DNA of 64,000 bases from Trichodelitschia bisporula (taxonomy: Eukaryota): assembly GCA_010356995.1 (NCBI GenBank), contig ML996708.1, positions 124,001 to 188,000 of the forward strand. The letters run 5' to 3'. A program made the position numbers and the translations under genes. Position 1 is the stretch's first letter. Every line of letters starts with the position of its first letter. Positions 36,226-49,595 of the stretch are shown here, piece by piece. A model generated the notes under the pieces. It ran no database searches, was not told the DNA's origin, and was given only the letters and a program-made list of their open reading frames with translations.

Positions 36226-38245
36226 TGGAAGCGCAGGTCGCTTACATGTTTGGATAGTGGCGGGACATGGTTGGTCACGAATTGACGGTCTATATACCTC
36301 CTGTATACTGCACTGGTTAGAAACATGTACGTATTATCTCACCTCACAGCTTGCCGACCTGAGATGATTGTGGGCGGGATGCTTGATGTTGAAGCAGGGG
36401 TTCCTCGCGCTCCTGCCGGTCCGCTGGGCGTCTGATGACATGGGTGGCAACGACTACGATCCGGGCATTGATAGCGACCAGCTCGTACTCGAAGCCAAAG
36501 CTACGAACGAAACACTCGAGAGTGAAAAGGCGATCAGGCTGGTACCGAGGCCGAATATAGACAGAGAAGATCTCCGCTTCCATGACGTCCGCTCCAAGCC
36601 GGGAGCACAATTCGAGCAGCAAATATCAACATCAGTCCGGGATCACAATGGAAACTGCGGGAGTCAGCGTCGTCCTCATCTTCTCTTCCATCACTCCATC
36701 TTCGGTGGAGCAAGGTAGTCCTCTTCCTGCATAACTGGTGAACTGGGCTGTACGGTCAGCCCGGGGAGTGCTCGAAGAATCGTCATGAGGGTCGCCGAGG
36801 TGCACAATCGGATGCATGGATCCGTCGTCTGCTCAGCCGAGTGAGCACTACTAGAGTAGCTTCGATCGTCGCCCTGCTTTTGAGCACACAGCCCCAGAGG
36901 GCGAGAAGGCACCAAAAGCTGACAGCTGAACATCATGCTTGGCATCTGCACTTGCAAGCTCTTTCTCTTGGGGCTAGATATCAACCCACATGTTTGTGTT
37001 GCGGCAATGGTTCCTGGTGCCTTAAGCAAAAAAGAACGAGCGCTATCCATCAGCTTAAGGTTCGGGCGGATGATTGGACGGGATGTTTGATGCATGCTAT
37101 CAAATGACACGACATTAAGTGCAACCGGCAACCGGCATCCGGCATCCGCTGCATTCTCGAGGGGAGCCGACTTTCGGAAGTGTCGGGTGCTTCTCATGCT
37201 ACCACGCAGAAAATGCCCGTCGGGTTTAACAGTATCCGCGTCAGAATGCGAGCGGGAAAGCCCTCCCACGAGCTCTCCAGATGGCGACGTGCAACGCGGA
37301 GAATTCGGACGATCCTCCTCGATCCCCTTGACTTGTCCTACCCCAGTTCGTGGTCAATGGATTTGGTGGAGTGCCGCGCGGCGGCGCCGTGACGGCTGAG
37401 TATGCGGCGTCAAGGGGCGCCGAGGGGCGGGCTAATGGCTTGGTGACAGAAGGTTTGAAGAGGTTTGGAGAGGTTTTGGAGGAGAAGGAATGGATGAAAC
37501 GGGTGTTTCGCACCGCAGTTTGACTCCACTGTGGCGTCCTCCGAGTCTCCAGCGATGCCAAGGGGATAACGCTAACTGGACGGGACCTTGCATTTTCTAG
37601 CCACTAGTAGGGGGACCCCTTGTTCCTTTGGTGCGGAGGCTGTGCGCCCTTACCGACGCTCTGTGCCTGGCGTGGCCCTGGTTGGCGGGAAAGAGGAAAA
37701 AGATCGCCACTAGGAAGCCACTACCCGTACCTGGGACGACCACCACCAGGCTACGGTAGAAAGCTTCGGAGGGGGAAGACAGAAAAAAGCGAACCTCCCC
37801 TAAAAGAAGTGACTGCCTGCCCAAGGCACATGTCTTCTCCTCAATTGATCATCATCACCTCTTCTCTTCCCCTTTGTCTCTTCCCTTCGTTCTTTCTTTC
37901 TCTTCCCCAACCTCACGCACAACGTTCTTTTCGTCCAAAACATCGAGTCGCTCAAAATCCCGCCTGACTGTTGATAGTTGAGCTTCAAACGTCCAGCCCC
38001 TCGGCAAACCACCCGCACGCGTTTCGGTCCTTGATATCCACATCACCTCCACACTCCGCACTCCGCATTCCTCAGACCCGGTTTCCACTCATTAACCCTA
38101 AGGGTTCGCCCGCCTACGTCAAACCCCTCATTCCTTATCTGCCGGAACAAGCTTGCTTGATGCATTGCCGGCTCGCAACTTGCCTCCTTTGAATACTTCG
38201 ACCTCAACATCACACAACCAACAACAAGCCCAACGTCTGGCACGT

Positions 38246-41082
38246 ATGGCCGGTCCCTCGCCTCTGTCACCACGCTTTCCCCAGCTAGAAGGCTTCACTG
38301 CTCTTCCCCGCTCTCGTGGGGAACCTTTCTCTCAAGACGCCACCATGGATATTCCTCTCGAAAAGGTCGTCACGCACGGCTCGACCACGGGCACCCGCCA
38401 ACCCTCGCAGAGCGCCAGTACCTTTGGGTACGACAAGAACGAGAAGTCCGGCCACTTCAATCCCTATATCGGTAGACGGAGGAAGCAGCGCTCGGACACC
38501 ATTGGTCTGGGTGGCGGTCGGCTGGGTGACGATGAAGACAAGACGACGATCAATCAGATGGGCAGAATCTACTACAAGATCTTGAACTTCTCTATCATCA
38601 CTCGCTACTTCATCTACATCTTGCCGCTCGGCCTCTTGCTTGCCATCCCCATCATCGTGGGAGCCACAGCTGCACCGAAGGCCAGGATCGGAGGCGTCAA
38701 GATTGTCTGGCTCTTCACTTGGATTGAGATTGGTAAGTGATCCCGTCATTTGCAGGATTAAGGCTGACAGGAACAGTTTGGCTGAGTTTGTGGGGGTCCA
38801 AGATTGTCGCCCACTTCCTGCCCAAGTTCTTCCAGTTCGTCATCGGCGTGGTCAGTGCTGGCGTCCGAAAATACGCACTGGTCATTCGTGCCCTGGAGAT
38901 TCCGCTGTCTCTCGTCGGCTGGGCGCTCGTCTCGTTCCTCACATTCACCCCACTCATGCTCCGCAACCCGGACGCCCTCTCAGATCCGGATCCGAAGGCT
39001 CGTACCCTTAAGGATTGGCAGACAGTCCTCCGGCAGCTTCTGGCAGCGGCACTCGTTTGCACTCTGATCTTACTTGCCGAGCGCTTTCTCATTCAGCTGA
39101 TCAGCATCAACTACCATCGTAAGCAGTTTGACCAGAGGGTTAAAGAGAACAAGCATCAGGTCTTTCTGCTTGGTCTGCTTTATGATGCCTCTCGCTCGAT
39201 CTTCCCATCATACTGCAACGAATTTGCCGCTGAGGACTACATCATCGACGACGCGCTGAATATTTCGTCGCTGAAGAAGAAGGGCGAGAGTGACAAGCCG
39301 AGTGGTACCGCTACACCAATGAGGCTGTTGCACAACGTCGGCCGGTTCGGGGACAAGGCCATGTCCATGTTCGGAAACGTGGCTTCGGAGATTACAGGGA
39401 AGAAGGTGTTCCAGACCAACTCGGCGCACAACATCGTCGTCGAGGCTCTGGAGCGAACCCGCGCTTGTGAGGCTCTCGCCCGGCGGCTCTGGATGTCGTT
39501 TGTCGTTGAAGGCCGGGACTCCTTGTACCAAGACGACATTATGGAGGTACTCGGCCCTGACCGGCGCGTGGAGGCCGAGGAGTGTTTTGCCTCCCTCGAC
39601 CGTGACGGCAACGGCGACATCAGTCTGGACGAGATGATCCTCACGGTTACCGAAATTGGCCGCACCCGTAAGTCTATCGCCAACAGCATGCATGATGTCG
39701 ACGCAGCCATCAAAGTGCTTGACGGCCTCCTGGCCACGGTCGTGTTCATCATTGCCATTTTTATCTTCGTGGCGTTCCTCAACAAGAGCTTCACGACAAC
39801 CCTCGCAACTGCTGGTACTGCGCTGCTGTCCATGTCCTTTGTCTTTGCCGTTACGTGCCAGGAAGTGCTGGGCTCATGCATCTTCCTGTTCGTAAAGCAT
39901 CCTTACGACATTGGCGACCGCGTCGACCTGAGTAACGACCAACTTACGGTGGAGAAGATTTCGCTCTTGTACACGGTCTTCAAGCGGGTCCAGAACGGCC
40001 GCATGGTGCAGATTCCGAACATTGTCCTCAACACGCTCTGGATTGAGAACGTATCCCGCAGCAAGGCGATGCGCGAGCAGATCTCCATCTTCGCCAACTT
40101 CGACACGTCGTTTGATGATGTCAAGGCCCTGAAGGCTGAGATGCAGGCCTTTGTCCTCGACAAGGAGAACAGCCGCGACTTCCAACCGGAGATTGAAGTC
40201 GAAGTCGTCGGCATCGCCGAGCTCAACAAGCTGGAGCTGCGCATCGAAATCCGCCACAAGAGCAACTGGTCCAACGAGGCCGTTCGTGCCAACCGCCGCT
40301 CCAAGTTCATGTGCGCGCTCGTCCTCGCCCTGCGCAAGGTGCCCATCTACGCGCCAGGCGGCGGCGACGCGGGTCTCGGCTCCGCCAACCAGCCCAGCTA
40401 CTCCGTCGCCGTGTCCCCCGACGAAGCCGCCCGCGCCCGTGAGGAATTCGCGGCGAAGAAGGAGGCTAAGCGCCTCATCAACCAGAAGAAGCAAGCCGCC
40501 GAGGCTAACCCGTTTACGGCTGAGAAGCCCATGGCCACTGCGACGGGTAACGACTTTGCCACGCGCGACCCGATGATGAGCCCCATTGACTTGCGCGACG
40601 ACGTCTCGTCTCTACATGAGCGTCCTAGCATGGACTCGCAGAGCATCGAGGAGGTGCGCGGCTTGTTGCACAGGGAGAGCACGCGCGGCCGCCGGAAGCA
40701 ATCTGAAACACCGCTGTCGCCTATCGCCGAGCCCCTGACTCCGCGGGCGACGTATGCGCCTCAGCCGTTTGCGCAGTACGCTCCGCGGCCTGTGGTGCCG
40801 GGGAATGCGTTTGCCCCCACGCTCTCGCGCACAGCGGGGAATGCCTTTGCGCAGCAGGTCCCGCAGCAGCAGGGGCAGAGCCAGTCTCAGGCCCAGGCTA
40901 TGGCAAGGGGAGGTATGGGTGCGCAGCAAACGCAGGCGGGACGGCCCGCGCAGCCGGCGCCCGGTGTGCAGACGGGTGTTAATCCGGCGGTTGGGGCGGC
41001 GATGGCGGTGAATGGGGGTGTGCTCGGAGGGGTGGCCTCGGGATCGGGGTCGGGAGATGGCTCCGGGGAGGGAGGGGATTGA
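38246..41082 (+). CDS. MscS-family mechanosensitive channel with EF-hand (Msy1/Msy2-like); intron 38733-38776
   Basis: QLISINYHRKQF, EF-hand DRDGNGDISLDE, CIFLFVKHPYDIGDRV, IPNIVLNTLWIENVSRS, HKSNW. Confidence 0.93.
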
Positions 41083-41527
41083 GGGAAGGCGTGTAGTTGA
41101 ATTCGTGCATGTATATGGTTGGGATGGGACGGGTGTCTCGCGGCGCTAGAAGCTGCTTGTGGTTGATAGAATTAGATCTAGACGCGCGGCTGAGATGGCT
41201 GCGCATGCGCTATGAATGCGATGATCGTTATCTGAATGGTTTTATTGTACGTGTGGGTTCTACCCAATGTCCCAGGCCGCAGGAATGGGGCGCGAGTTGA
41301 GTGGCTGTGTGCTTGGGCGTTGCGGTGCAATGTGGAAAGCTGATATAGTCTTGCCCGGCTGCCGAGGACTGGCGAGCAGGCGGAGGAGCGCCCGGAGAAG
41401 GCCCAAGGGGTGATAAGACCGAGCAGTGTGCACAGGGCATGGAATTCGGATCCGCACGTCAAGAAGGTTCATCCAGCGTTGCTCGCCGGGCAAGCTATAT
41501 ACACCAACCAGACATCACATCCATCCC

Positions 41528-42404
41528 CTACGCCTCCACAACCACCGCCCTAGGCACAACCCTCACCACCCGCCTCACCACCTCGCCCGCCCCCCTAACA
41601 CTAATCTCAACATCATACTCCCCAAGATGCTTCAAGTGCTTCAGATCATCCCCCCCGGCGACGCCTAGAAACCGCACATCGCGACTCGTAAGCGGAATCC
41701 TTGCCGCTTCCTCGTTATGCACGACGGCGGCCTTGACCACTGCGACCACATCGCCCGCCGACACGGAGCCGTAGATAGGGATGGGGCCGCTGCTGGACGC
41801 GGCGGCGGTGGCGGGGACGTTGGCCGAGGCGGGTGCGTCGGGCACGGCGTCGACGGGCGCGCGCGGGAAGTCCAGGTGTGCGGGGAGAAGGGCCTGGAGG
41901 AGGCCGATGGCGCGGTCGGGCTGTGAGGGAGCGTTAGCGAGCGAGCTCTTACGTCCTATAATATTCCAGAGAAGGGGAACGTACGGCTACTTCAGCGATA
42001 ATCAGCTTCTCAACCAGCTTGTCCTGCGCCTCCTCGACCAGCGCCTTCCTAGCCTGCTTCGCGGCGGCGCGCTCGCGCATGTGGAACGCGTAGCGGGAGA
42101 AGAGGGTGTCGCGCTCGGGGGGGTGCGGGGCAGAGAGGACGGATTTACGCTCCGTGGGGGAGAGATAGGTTGCCAGTCGGGCGGGGAAGAATTTGTTGCG
42201 CATTTGCCCTGCTGGGATGGGGACTATGCTGCCTTGTTTGCCGTAGGTGTCGAGGTGCTTGAGGAGGCGGACGGGGATTGTGGCGGGGCCGTGGGCGGTG
42301 GAGGAGCGGGTTTGGTGGAGCCATGGGGAGGGGGATGATGAAGGGAGGTGTGGTCTTGTATGTGTGGCGACCTGGAGAGGTCGGAGGGCGTTGTGTGGCC
42401 GCAT
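41528..42404 (-). CDS. Mitochondrial ribosomal protein bL9-like; intron 41921-41984
   Basis: Arg/Ser-rich presequence; L9 N-domain IPVRLLKHLDTYGKQGSIVPIPAGQMRNKFFP; C-domain IYGSVS...LKHLGEYDV. Confidence 0.85.
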
Positions 42405-42863
42405 TGTGCTGGTGGTGATGTCGGCGGTGGTGGTGAGTTTTTTTGCTGAGGTAGAGAGGTACTGGTAGGGATGGGGGGCCGCAGTGCACGGAGGCGGAGA
42501 CACCCGCGAGGGCAGAGACGGGTGTTGCGGAGGCTGTGAGGCTGTACCACCGCGGTATAAACGGGTAAATGCAAGTTGCTTGCCTTCTCCGTTCGCTATC
42601 TCGTCCGTCTACCCTCTGCCGCCTCTCCCTTCACCTCCGACATCTCCAATGCCCCTCCCCACGCCCGCACGGCCCAGCAGCCGAGCCCGCTCCACCACCA
42701 CCGCCGGCTCGGCGCAACACTCCCCCATCACCACGCCGCCCACACCTAACCCGCACCACACTGCACCACCACGCCCCCGCGGCGCATGCGCACAACCACA
42801 TACACGTCATTACCCCTCGTCCTCCCTCGTTACCCGGCGCCATCCCTCTAGCCCCCCTCCCCA

Positions 42864-44763
42864 ATGCCCGACAAACCCCTCACCATCGCGACCTACGCCG
42901 CCGGCGCCTCGCTCGCCGCCATAACCCTCGTCTACGTCTTCGCGCCCACGTTCTTCCTCGATGGCGGCGCGGGCGGCAGCGAGGATGCGCGCGGGGGGCG
43001 GAGCGCAAGGCGGCTTGTTGTTGGGCTTGTGAATCCGGCGAATGGTGCGTAGGCCTAGGGGTTGCTGTTGCGTAAGGTTGCCGTTGCTGACCCGCGCAGA
43101 TTGCTTCATCAACTCCGTCCTCCAGGCGCTGGCCGGGCTGCCCGAGCTGCGGAAGTATCTAATCCGGGAAGTGCACCGACGGGCGCTGGACGGGGATATG
43201 TATAGCGGCGCGGGGACGAGCAAAGAGGTGGATGCGCGGGCGTGGAAGGCGGAGGGTCTAAGGCGGGGCGTGGTGACGCGCGCGCTGAAGGAGATTCTGG
43301 ATAGATTGAATGAGAGGCCGATTTATCGGAAGACGATTTCGGCGCAGGAGTTTGTGGCGCAGTTGGAGAGGGCGTTTAATACGCATATTAGTCGGCAGCA
43401 GCAGGATGCGCAGGAGTTTTTGCAGGTTGTTACGGAGCGGTTGGGGGAGGAGTATGCGGCGGGGGTGAAGGCGAGGAGGGCGCTTCGCGACGGCGGGGGG
43501 GACGAAAAGGAGGAGGATGAGGCCGACGGGGACAAGAAGGAGACGGAGAAGGATGAGGAAGAGGAAGAGGAATCCGGCTTCCCCTTCTCCGGCCAACTCA
43601 AATCGCAAATCGAATGCGAAACCTGCAACTTCAAGCCCACCCCCACCCTCTCCTCCTTCGTCACCCTAATCCTCAACGTCCCGCAACGCTCCGCCACGAC
43701 GCTGAACCACTGCTTCGACGGCATGCTCAAGATCGAACACATCGACGACTTCAAATGCGACAAGTGCCGCCTGCTCCACGCTCTCGACCTCAAGTCGCGC
43801 GAAAAGGACCGCACCCGCGACCCCACCCGCGCCGCTGCCCTCGAATCCGAAATATCAGCAATCAACCACGCCCTGGCCTCCGACCCCGAGCACCCTCCCC
43901 CCGCCGCAAACCTGCCCGCCCGCTCCCTCGCCCCCCAGCGCCGCATCAAGCGCTCAATCCGCATATCCCGCTTCCCGAAGATATTGGCCATCCACCTCAG
44001 CCGCAGCATATACACCACCGCCCCCCCGACCAAGAACACAGCCAAAGTCGCTTTCCCCGAGCATCTCCCCCTCGGCGGCGTGCTCTCGCAGACGCATTAC
44101 CGTCTGCTGGCGCTGGTGACGCATAAGGGCGGGCATAACTCGGGGCATTACGAGAGTTTTAGGCGGCAGGTCACGGCTGGATTGCCGTTTAGTACGCCGC
44201 ATAGCTTTGGGGCGCAGGGGCCGTTTAGTCGCCGCCCGGGCGCGGTGCCTTCCCCGAACCCGGATCGGGATGGGGACGCAGATGATGGGCCTGAGCTGGA
44301 TCCCGAGGCTGAAGGGGAGGGGGAGAGCGAGGCGGACTCGCCGTCGACGATGTCGTCTGATCTTGTGTCTACGCCCCCCTCCACCACGTTGTCCTCGCGC
44401 ACATCCTCCTCCGCCTCCACCGTAACGCCGAGTACAACACCCACGCCCTCCGCCGCGCCCTCGGCACGAACATCCCTCGCCCCCGCCTCCCCCGTCCCAT
44501 CTACCGCTCCGTCCGCCGCATCCCGATCCACCTCCTCGCGCAGCACACACGCGTCCGCGCCTCCATCCGCGCCCTCCGTCACACTCGTGCCCCTACCTAC
44601 CTCTCCCGCGAAAGTAAAAAAGCGACGGGATGACAAGCGCTGGTGGCGCATTAGCGATGACCGCGTACGGGAAAGCAAGACGGCGGAGGTGCTGGGGATG
44701 CAGAAGGAGGTGTATTTGTTGTTTTACGAGGTTGATGAGGAATGGAGGAGGGGGCGGGGGTAG
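42864..44763 (+). CDS. Ubiquitin-specific protease (C19) with N-terminal TM anchor, Ubp16/USP30-like; intron 43045-43099
   Basis: Cys box GLVNPAN|DCFINSVLQAL, QQDAQEFL, CxxC pairs, His box VTHKGGHNSGHY, WWRISD. Confidence 0.93.
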
Positions 44764-44901
44764 GGAGATGGGATGGGAAAAGGCGGTTGGGTATAGATGA
44801 TAGACTACGGATATGGTGGTGCGTAGAGGGGAGCTCGGGAGGTAGGTAGACTACAGGTAAGAAGAATATAAACCAGCCTTGCGCACGAACACCCCCCGGT
44901 C

Positions 44902-46071
44902 CTACAACTCATCCAAAAACCTGTGAATCCTCTTCCCCCACCCCTCCACCTTCTCCGTCACACTCCTCCTCCGCCCATCCCCCCTCACAAACCCTTCCAC
45001 CGCACACGGCTCGCCACACTTCCCCCCCAAATCCGGCCCCTGCGGCCCCCATCTCACGCGTACAGCGCGCGCCTTCCGTCCCTCCCACCCCCCCGTCGCC
45101 CCATCCGTCCCATGGAACACGCACACCGTTTCTTCCTTCCCCTCCCCCTCTCCAAGCGGCGTGCGCACAAAACATCCATGTCCCACGCCGTACACGCCGC
45201 CTCCGCCCCTGAGGATCTTCCCGCAGGGCTTCCAGGAGGAAGGGTTCTCGACATCCCCGCCGACGTACTCCAGCGCGCCCATCGCGTACTCCGGCGTCCA
45301 GGATCCACCACCGGAGTACACCAACCCCCTCCACCTACCGTCGGGGCTCTCAACCCACTCCGGCCCCTCAACCACCACGCGCCCCGTCCCAGGCACACCC
45401 TCCCACTCCTCCGGTCCAGGCGCATAAATACACCTCCCCGGCCCCGCAGCGCGGTCCGGCGCTTCCAGGCGCGCGAGCCAGAGCACCTGCGCCGTATCCG
45501 GCTCCACCCCGGGCATCCACGCCGAAAAAACCAAATACACAACCCCATCCAGCGCAAGCGGACTCGCGTCTATACCCCACATATCCGGATCCAGCCCCTT
45601 AATCAAACTCGGCTCCTCAGCCCAGCCAGGCGTGCTCGGAGGCACGGATGATTGAGGCCCGACGAGGACGAGGGGGCGGTGCGAGGGGTTGCCGAGCCAG
45701 GGGTGGGCGGCGGTGAAGTAGATGTACCAGCGTCCGGAGATGGCGTGGAGTTCGGGGGCCCAGATGCTCTCTGACCAGGGGGAGCCGGGGGGGNNNNNNN
45801 NNNNNNNNNNNNNNNNNNNNNNNNNNNNNNNNNNNNNNNNNNNNNNNNNNNNNNNNNNNNNNNNNNNNNNNNNNNNNNNNNNNNNNNNNNNNNNNNNNNN
45901 NNNNNNNNNNNNNNNNNNNNNNNNNNNNNNNNNNNNNNNNNNNNNNNNNNNNNNNNNNNNNNNNNNNNNNNNNNNNNNNNNNNNNNNNNNNNNGTGGCTG
46001 TGGATTATGAAGGGGTCGGGGGTGGAGGTGGTTGTTAGGGTTAGGAGGGGGTTGTGGTGGGAGTGTGGCAT
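44902..46071 (-). CDS. Glycoside hydrolase family 43 (arabinofuranosidase/xylosidase-like), interrupted by an assembly gap
   Basis: PDPFI, IWAPELH...WYIYF, WGID, VEGPE, GVGHG; no evident signal peptide. Confidence 0.85.
   Translation of the reverse strand: MPHSHHNPLLTLTTTSTPDPFIIHSHXXXXXXXXXXXXXXXXXXXXXXXXXXXXXXXXXXXXXXXXXXXXXXXXXXXXXXXXXXXXXXXXXXXPPGSPWSESIWAPELHAISGRWYIYFTAAHPWLGNPSHRPLVLVGPQSSVPPSTPGWAEEPSLIKGLDPDMWGIDASPLALDGVVYLVFSAWMPGVEPDTAQVLWLARLEAPDRAAGPGRCIYAPGPEEWEGVPGTGRVVVEGPEWVESPDGRWRGLVYSGGGSWTPEYAMGALEYVGGDVENPSSWKPCGKILRGGGGVYGVGHGCFVRTPLGEGEGKEETVCVFHGTDGATGGWEGRKARAVRVRWGPQGPDLGGKCGEPCAVEGFVRGDGRRRSVTEKVEGWGKRIHRFLDEL
45794..45993. other. Scaffold gap (200 N)
   Basis: Run of N next to a G homopolymer. 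Confidence 0.99.
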
Positions 46072-46494
46072 GGTGAGTGAGGTTGGGGGGGCACGGTCTG
46101 GGATGCGGGTTTGTGGTGTTGAGGTTGAGGATGGTTGTGGTTGCTGGCCGTTGTTGCCGTTGCGGGGTGAAGCTGAGGTACGTCATACGAGAGCACCGAA
46201 GGATCCGAGCAGGCCGTGCATACCCGAGCCGCGATATAGCCACATCGTACCAGCGTGATTCATCAATTTTATTGTTCTCACGACAGGCATTGTGCGCTGT
46301 AATGGATAATGCTTCCATCGCATATATCCATCCCTTCAGGGAACTAGGCCCCGAGAACACGAGGCTAGGCAAAGGCACCAGGCGCGCCATGTAGCTACTC
46401 CAAAATCCCCGCTATGCTGCCGTCAATCCTAAAGTACAACCAGATACAGGCGTGCGAACACCGTTTCTACGAATTGAGCCGCTTTTTATGTCTT

Positions 46495-48456
46495 TTATGT
46501 CATGATGTATTTGGGACCCTCGCCGCCCTGCGGTGTTGACTGTCTCGAGTTAGCTAGCATCTTTGAAAGAGAGGGAGAGCCATACCCAGTTGATGTCCTG
46601 GCTCGGATCCTTGATATCGCACGTCTTGCAATGCACGCAACTATACCCAGTTAGCCCAGTCCCCTCAAACCATCTTCAATAACCCACTTCTGCGCATTGA
46701 TCTGAAACCGCACCCCCAACTCCTTCGTATCGTCCTCAACATACTCATACACCCCCGCGGGACAAAACCGATTCTCAACCCCCTTATACTTCGGCCACTC
46801 CATAGCCGCATGCTTATCCCAGTCCTTAACCTGCAAATGCACCGGCTGATCCTCCTCATGATTCGTCCCCGTCCGGCTCACGCTCGTCAGGATATCGAAA
46901 CTGAGCTTCCCGTCGGGCTTCGGGTACTCGATTTTCGGGCACTGGTCCGCGGTTTTCGTAGCCGCGTAGTCGGGCTTGCCGTGCTTGAACGTCCAAGGTT
47001 CCTTGCCGCGCAGCACGAACGCCGTGAGACCGGAGTATAGCACGCCGCCGTAGAGGCCCAGGGGCGTGTGGAACGATGGCCGCATGTTGCGCACCTCCTT
47101 CAGTTCTTTCCAGATACTAGAGCTGCGCAGGTTGTCCTCATAGTCGTACAGGAACACAGCGCCGGGTTGCGCGTCCGTCAGCGCGCTGTACGCGGCTTCA
47201 GCCGCTAACATGCCAGAGCGCATGGCGGTATGCGTGCCCTTGATCTTGGGCACGTTGAGGAAGCCCGCTGAATCGCCGATGAGGGCGCCGCCGGGGAACG
47301 CAACCTTGGGGATGGACTGGAAGCCGCCCTCATTGAGGGTGCGTGCGCCGTAGCTGATGCACTTCCCGCCCTCGAGGACAGAGGCGTAGATCGGGTGGTG
47401 TTTCATCTTCTGGAACTCCCCGTAAGGAGCCAGCCACGGGTTCGAATAGTCGAGGCCTACGACCAGGCCCACGCTGACTAGGTTCTCGCCGAAGTGGTAC
47501 ATCCAGCCGCCGCCGTAGGTGTCGGATGGGAGCGGGTAGCCCATCGTGTGGGTAATGCTCCCCTTGTTGAATTTCTCCGGCTGTATTTCCCAGATCTCCT
47601 TGATGCCGAGGCCGTACGTCTGGTGCTGGCTATCCCGGCGGAGGTCGTATTTGCGGATCACCTGCTTCGTGAGACTCCCGTGGCAGCCCTCGCCGAGCAG
47701 CGTGACGCGCGCGTGGAACTCCATGCCCCGCTCGAATGTATCCTTGGGCTTGCCGTCGCGGCCCAGACCTAGGTCGTTCGTCGCCACGCCCTTGACGCAC
47801 CCCTCGCTGTCATACAGCACCTCACTCGCCGCAAAACCAGGGTAAATTTCGACGCCAGCTTCCTCCGCCCGCTCACCCAGCCACTTCGTCAACTGATTAA
47901 GACTAACAATGTAATTCCCCGCATTATGCATCTGCGGCGGCGCCGGCAGCGGAACCGCATAATTCTTCGTCAAGAACCGCATGCGATCTTTCCCCGCTGG
48001 CGTCGCGTGCTCGAAGCGATTCGGGTTGTCCTCGGCATGCCAGTCGGGCAAGAGTTCTGTCAGCGCGCCCGGCTCCAGCACATTACCCGACACGATGTGG
48101 TCGCCCAATTCGCCCGCCTTTTCGAGGAGCAGGACGCGGAACTCGTCGTTCCCGGCCTGCGTCGCGAGTTGCTTGAGGCGGATGGCGGCGGACAGGCCCG
48201 CGGGCCCGCCGCCCACGATGCACACGTCTACTTCATCGGATTCGCGCTCGTGCTGCGTGGGATCGAAGGCGGATTCGGAGGGGGAGGCGAAGAGGCGGGC
48301 GGACGCGGCGTGGAGGGATCGCCGCTGTGCGACGGCGGGAGATCGGGCGGGACGGCGGGGTGGTGGGAGGGCGGTGCGCGGCGCGGTGAGCGGGCGTGGG
48401 ACGCGCAATTGCGCGGGGAGGCGGGGGAGGAGGCGTGGTAAGGTGCGGGCGGACAT
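46495..48456 (-). CDS. CIR2: Electron-transfer flavoprotein-ubiquinone oxidoreductase (ETF-QO); introns 46641-46687 and 46540-46585
   Basis: Mitochondrial presequence, [31 protein letters not shown], spliced [13 protein letters not shown] and final exon [14 protein letters not shown]. Confidence 0.96.
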
Positions 48457-48869
48457 TGCTGGTTACCGCAATGGGAGGGCGTGGGTTGGGAGAGGTGTGT
48501 GAGCATGTGGGGGGTCTGGATTTAGAGGGACGGTGTTGGGACGGGTGGGTGACGCGGGTAGATTTCCATGTGCCCGGCGTGCCGCCCCCGAGGCTCTCTG
48601 GTGGGGAGGGGAGCGCGGCTATTGCTGGAAATGCTCGGCGGGCCGGTGGTCGGAGCGAGTGAGGGTTTAGGGGATTGGAAATAGAGTTGGGACTTGTGGA
48701 GTGGGTTGGAGCAAGCTACGTGAGGCTACTGATCGTGCTACTGTACTATATAAGAGTTTAGAGAACAGCGGAAGAGAGCTATAAAGGTTAATGATGCTTG
48801 AAGTCAACGGCGCTCTTTTCCGAGACGGAGCATTGAAATACTCGGGCGATGATTTGTTAAGAGGTCGGA

Positions 48870-48877
48870 TGACGTCA
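48870..48877. promoter_or_regulatory. CRE/ATF palindrome TGACGTCA in the divergent ETF-QO/srp2 intergenic region
   Basis: Exact 8-bp match; function untested. Confidence 0.3.
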
Positions 48878-49595
48878 CTAGAAGAGGTATGATCATGGTA
48901 CGTACCAAGTGCGAAGTACTGTAGTGAAGACGCGGACGAGATATTACATAGACGTGATGTCAGAGAATGAGAAGCAAAAGCTCATCACTCCCATTCAACG
49001 CCGTAATCATATCGACACGGCCTCATCGAGAGATAGTCTAGGACTGCCCAGACTGGAGAGAGCAAGGCCGATCCGCCAAACAGAGAGCCTCAATGCTCAC
49101 CGGTAGAAAAGACAAATCTCTCATCATTATGGCCTCGGCCGCTTCTGGAAGGTGGCGTAGATGAAGCCAAAAAGGCAAAAAGGCAAAAAATGGAGGGGCT
49201 TGCTTCATTTGGTGCTTGATGCTCTTTGGATTGTCACTGAGATGGCCAAGCCAACTTGCAAATGCCCTGGCCGTCCGTCCAAAAGTTCGTAGCATCTCCT
49301 CCCTCAGATCTTTGCCTAGCAGTGCGCATAGACTTCGTGGGGGACTCCGATCTTCAGGTCCCAGGTGCAAGGCAGAGATGAGGCATTTATACGGACACAT
49401 CACGTGCCTGGCTGACTAACCCAATGCGCCCCATGAAATTTGAGGCCTCCGCCTCATTTCCCGCCTCATCTTTCCAACCTCTCCTTCGACCACCACCCGG
49501 CACTCCATCAGTGTCCTCCATTTCATCAACTCCCAACCCCCGCCCACACATCCCCGCATTTCCATCAACAATCGTGAATGACAGATCTATCCGTC

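Noticed and set aside
44902..46071. GH43 as a frameshifted pseudogene
   Set aside because: The interruption is a 200-N assembly gap, so the reading frame across it cannot be judged.
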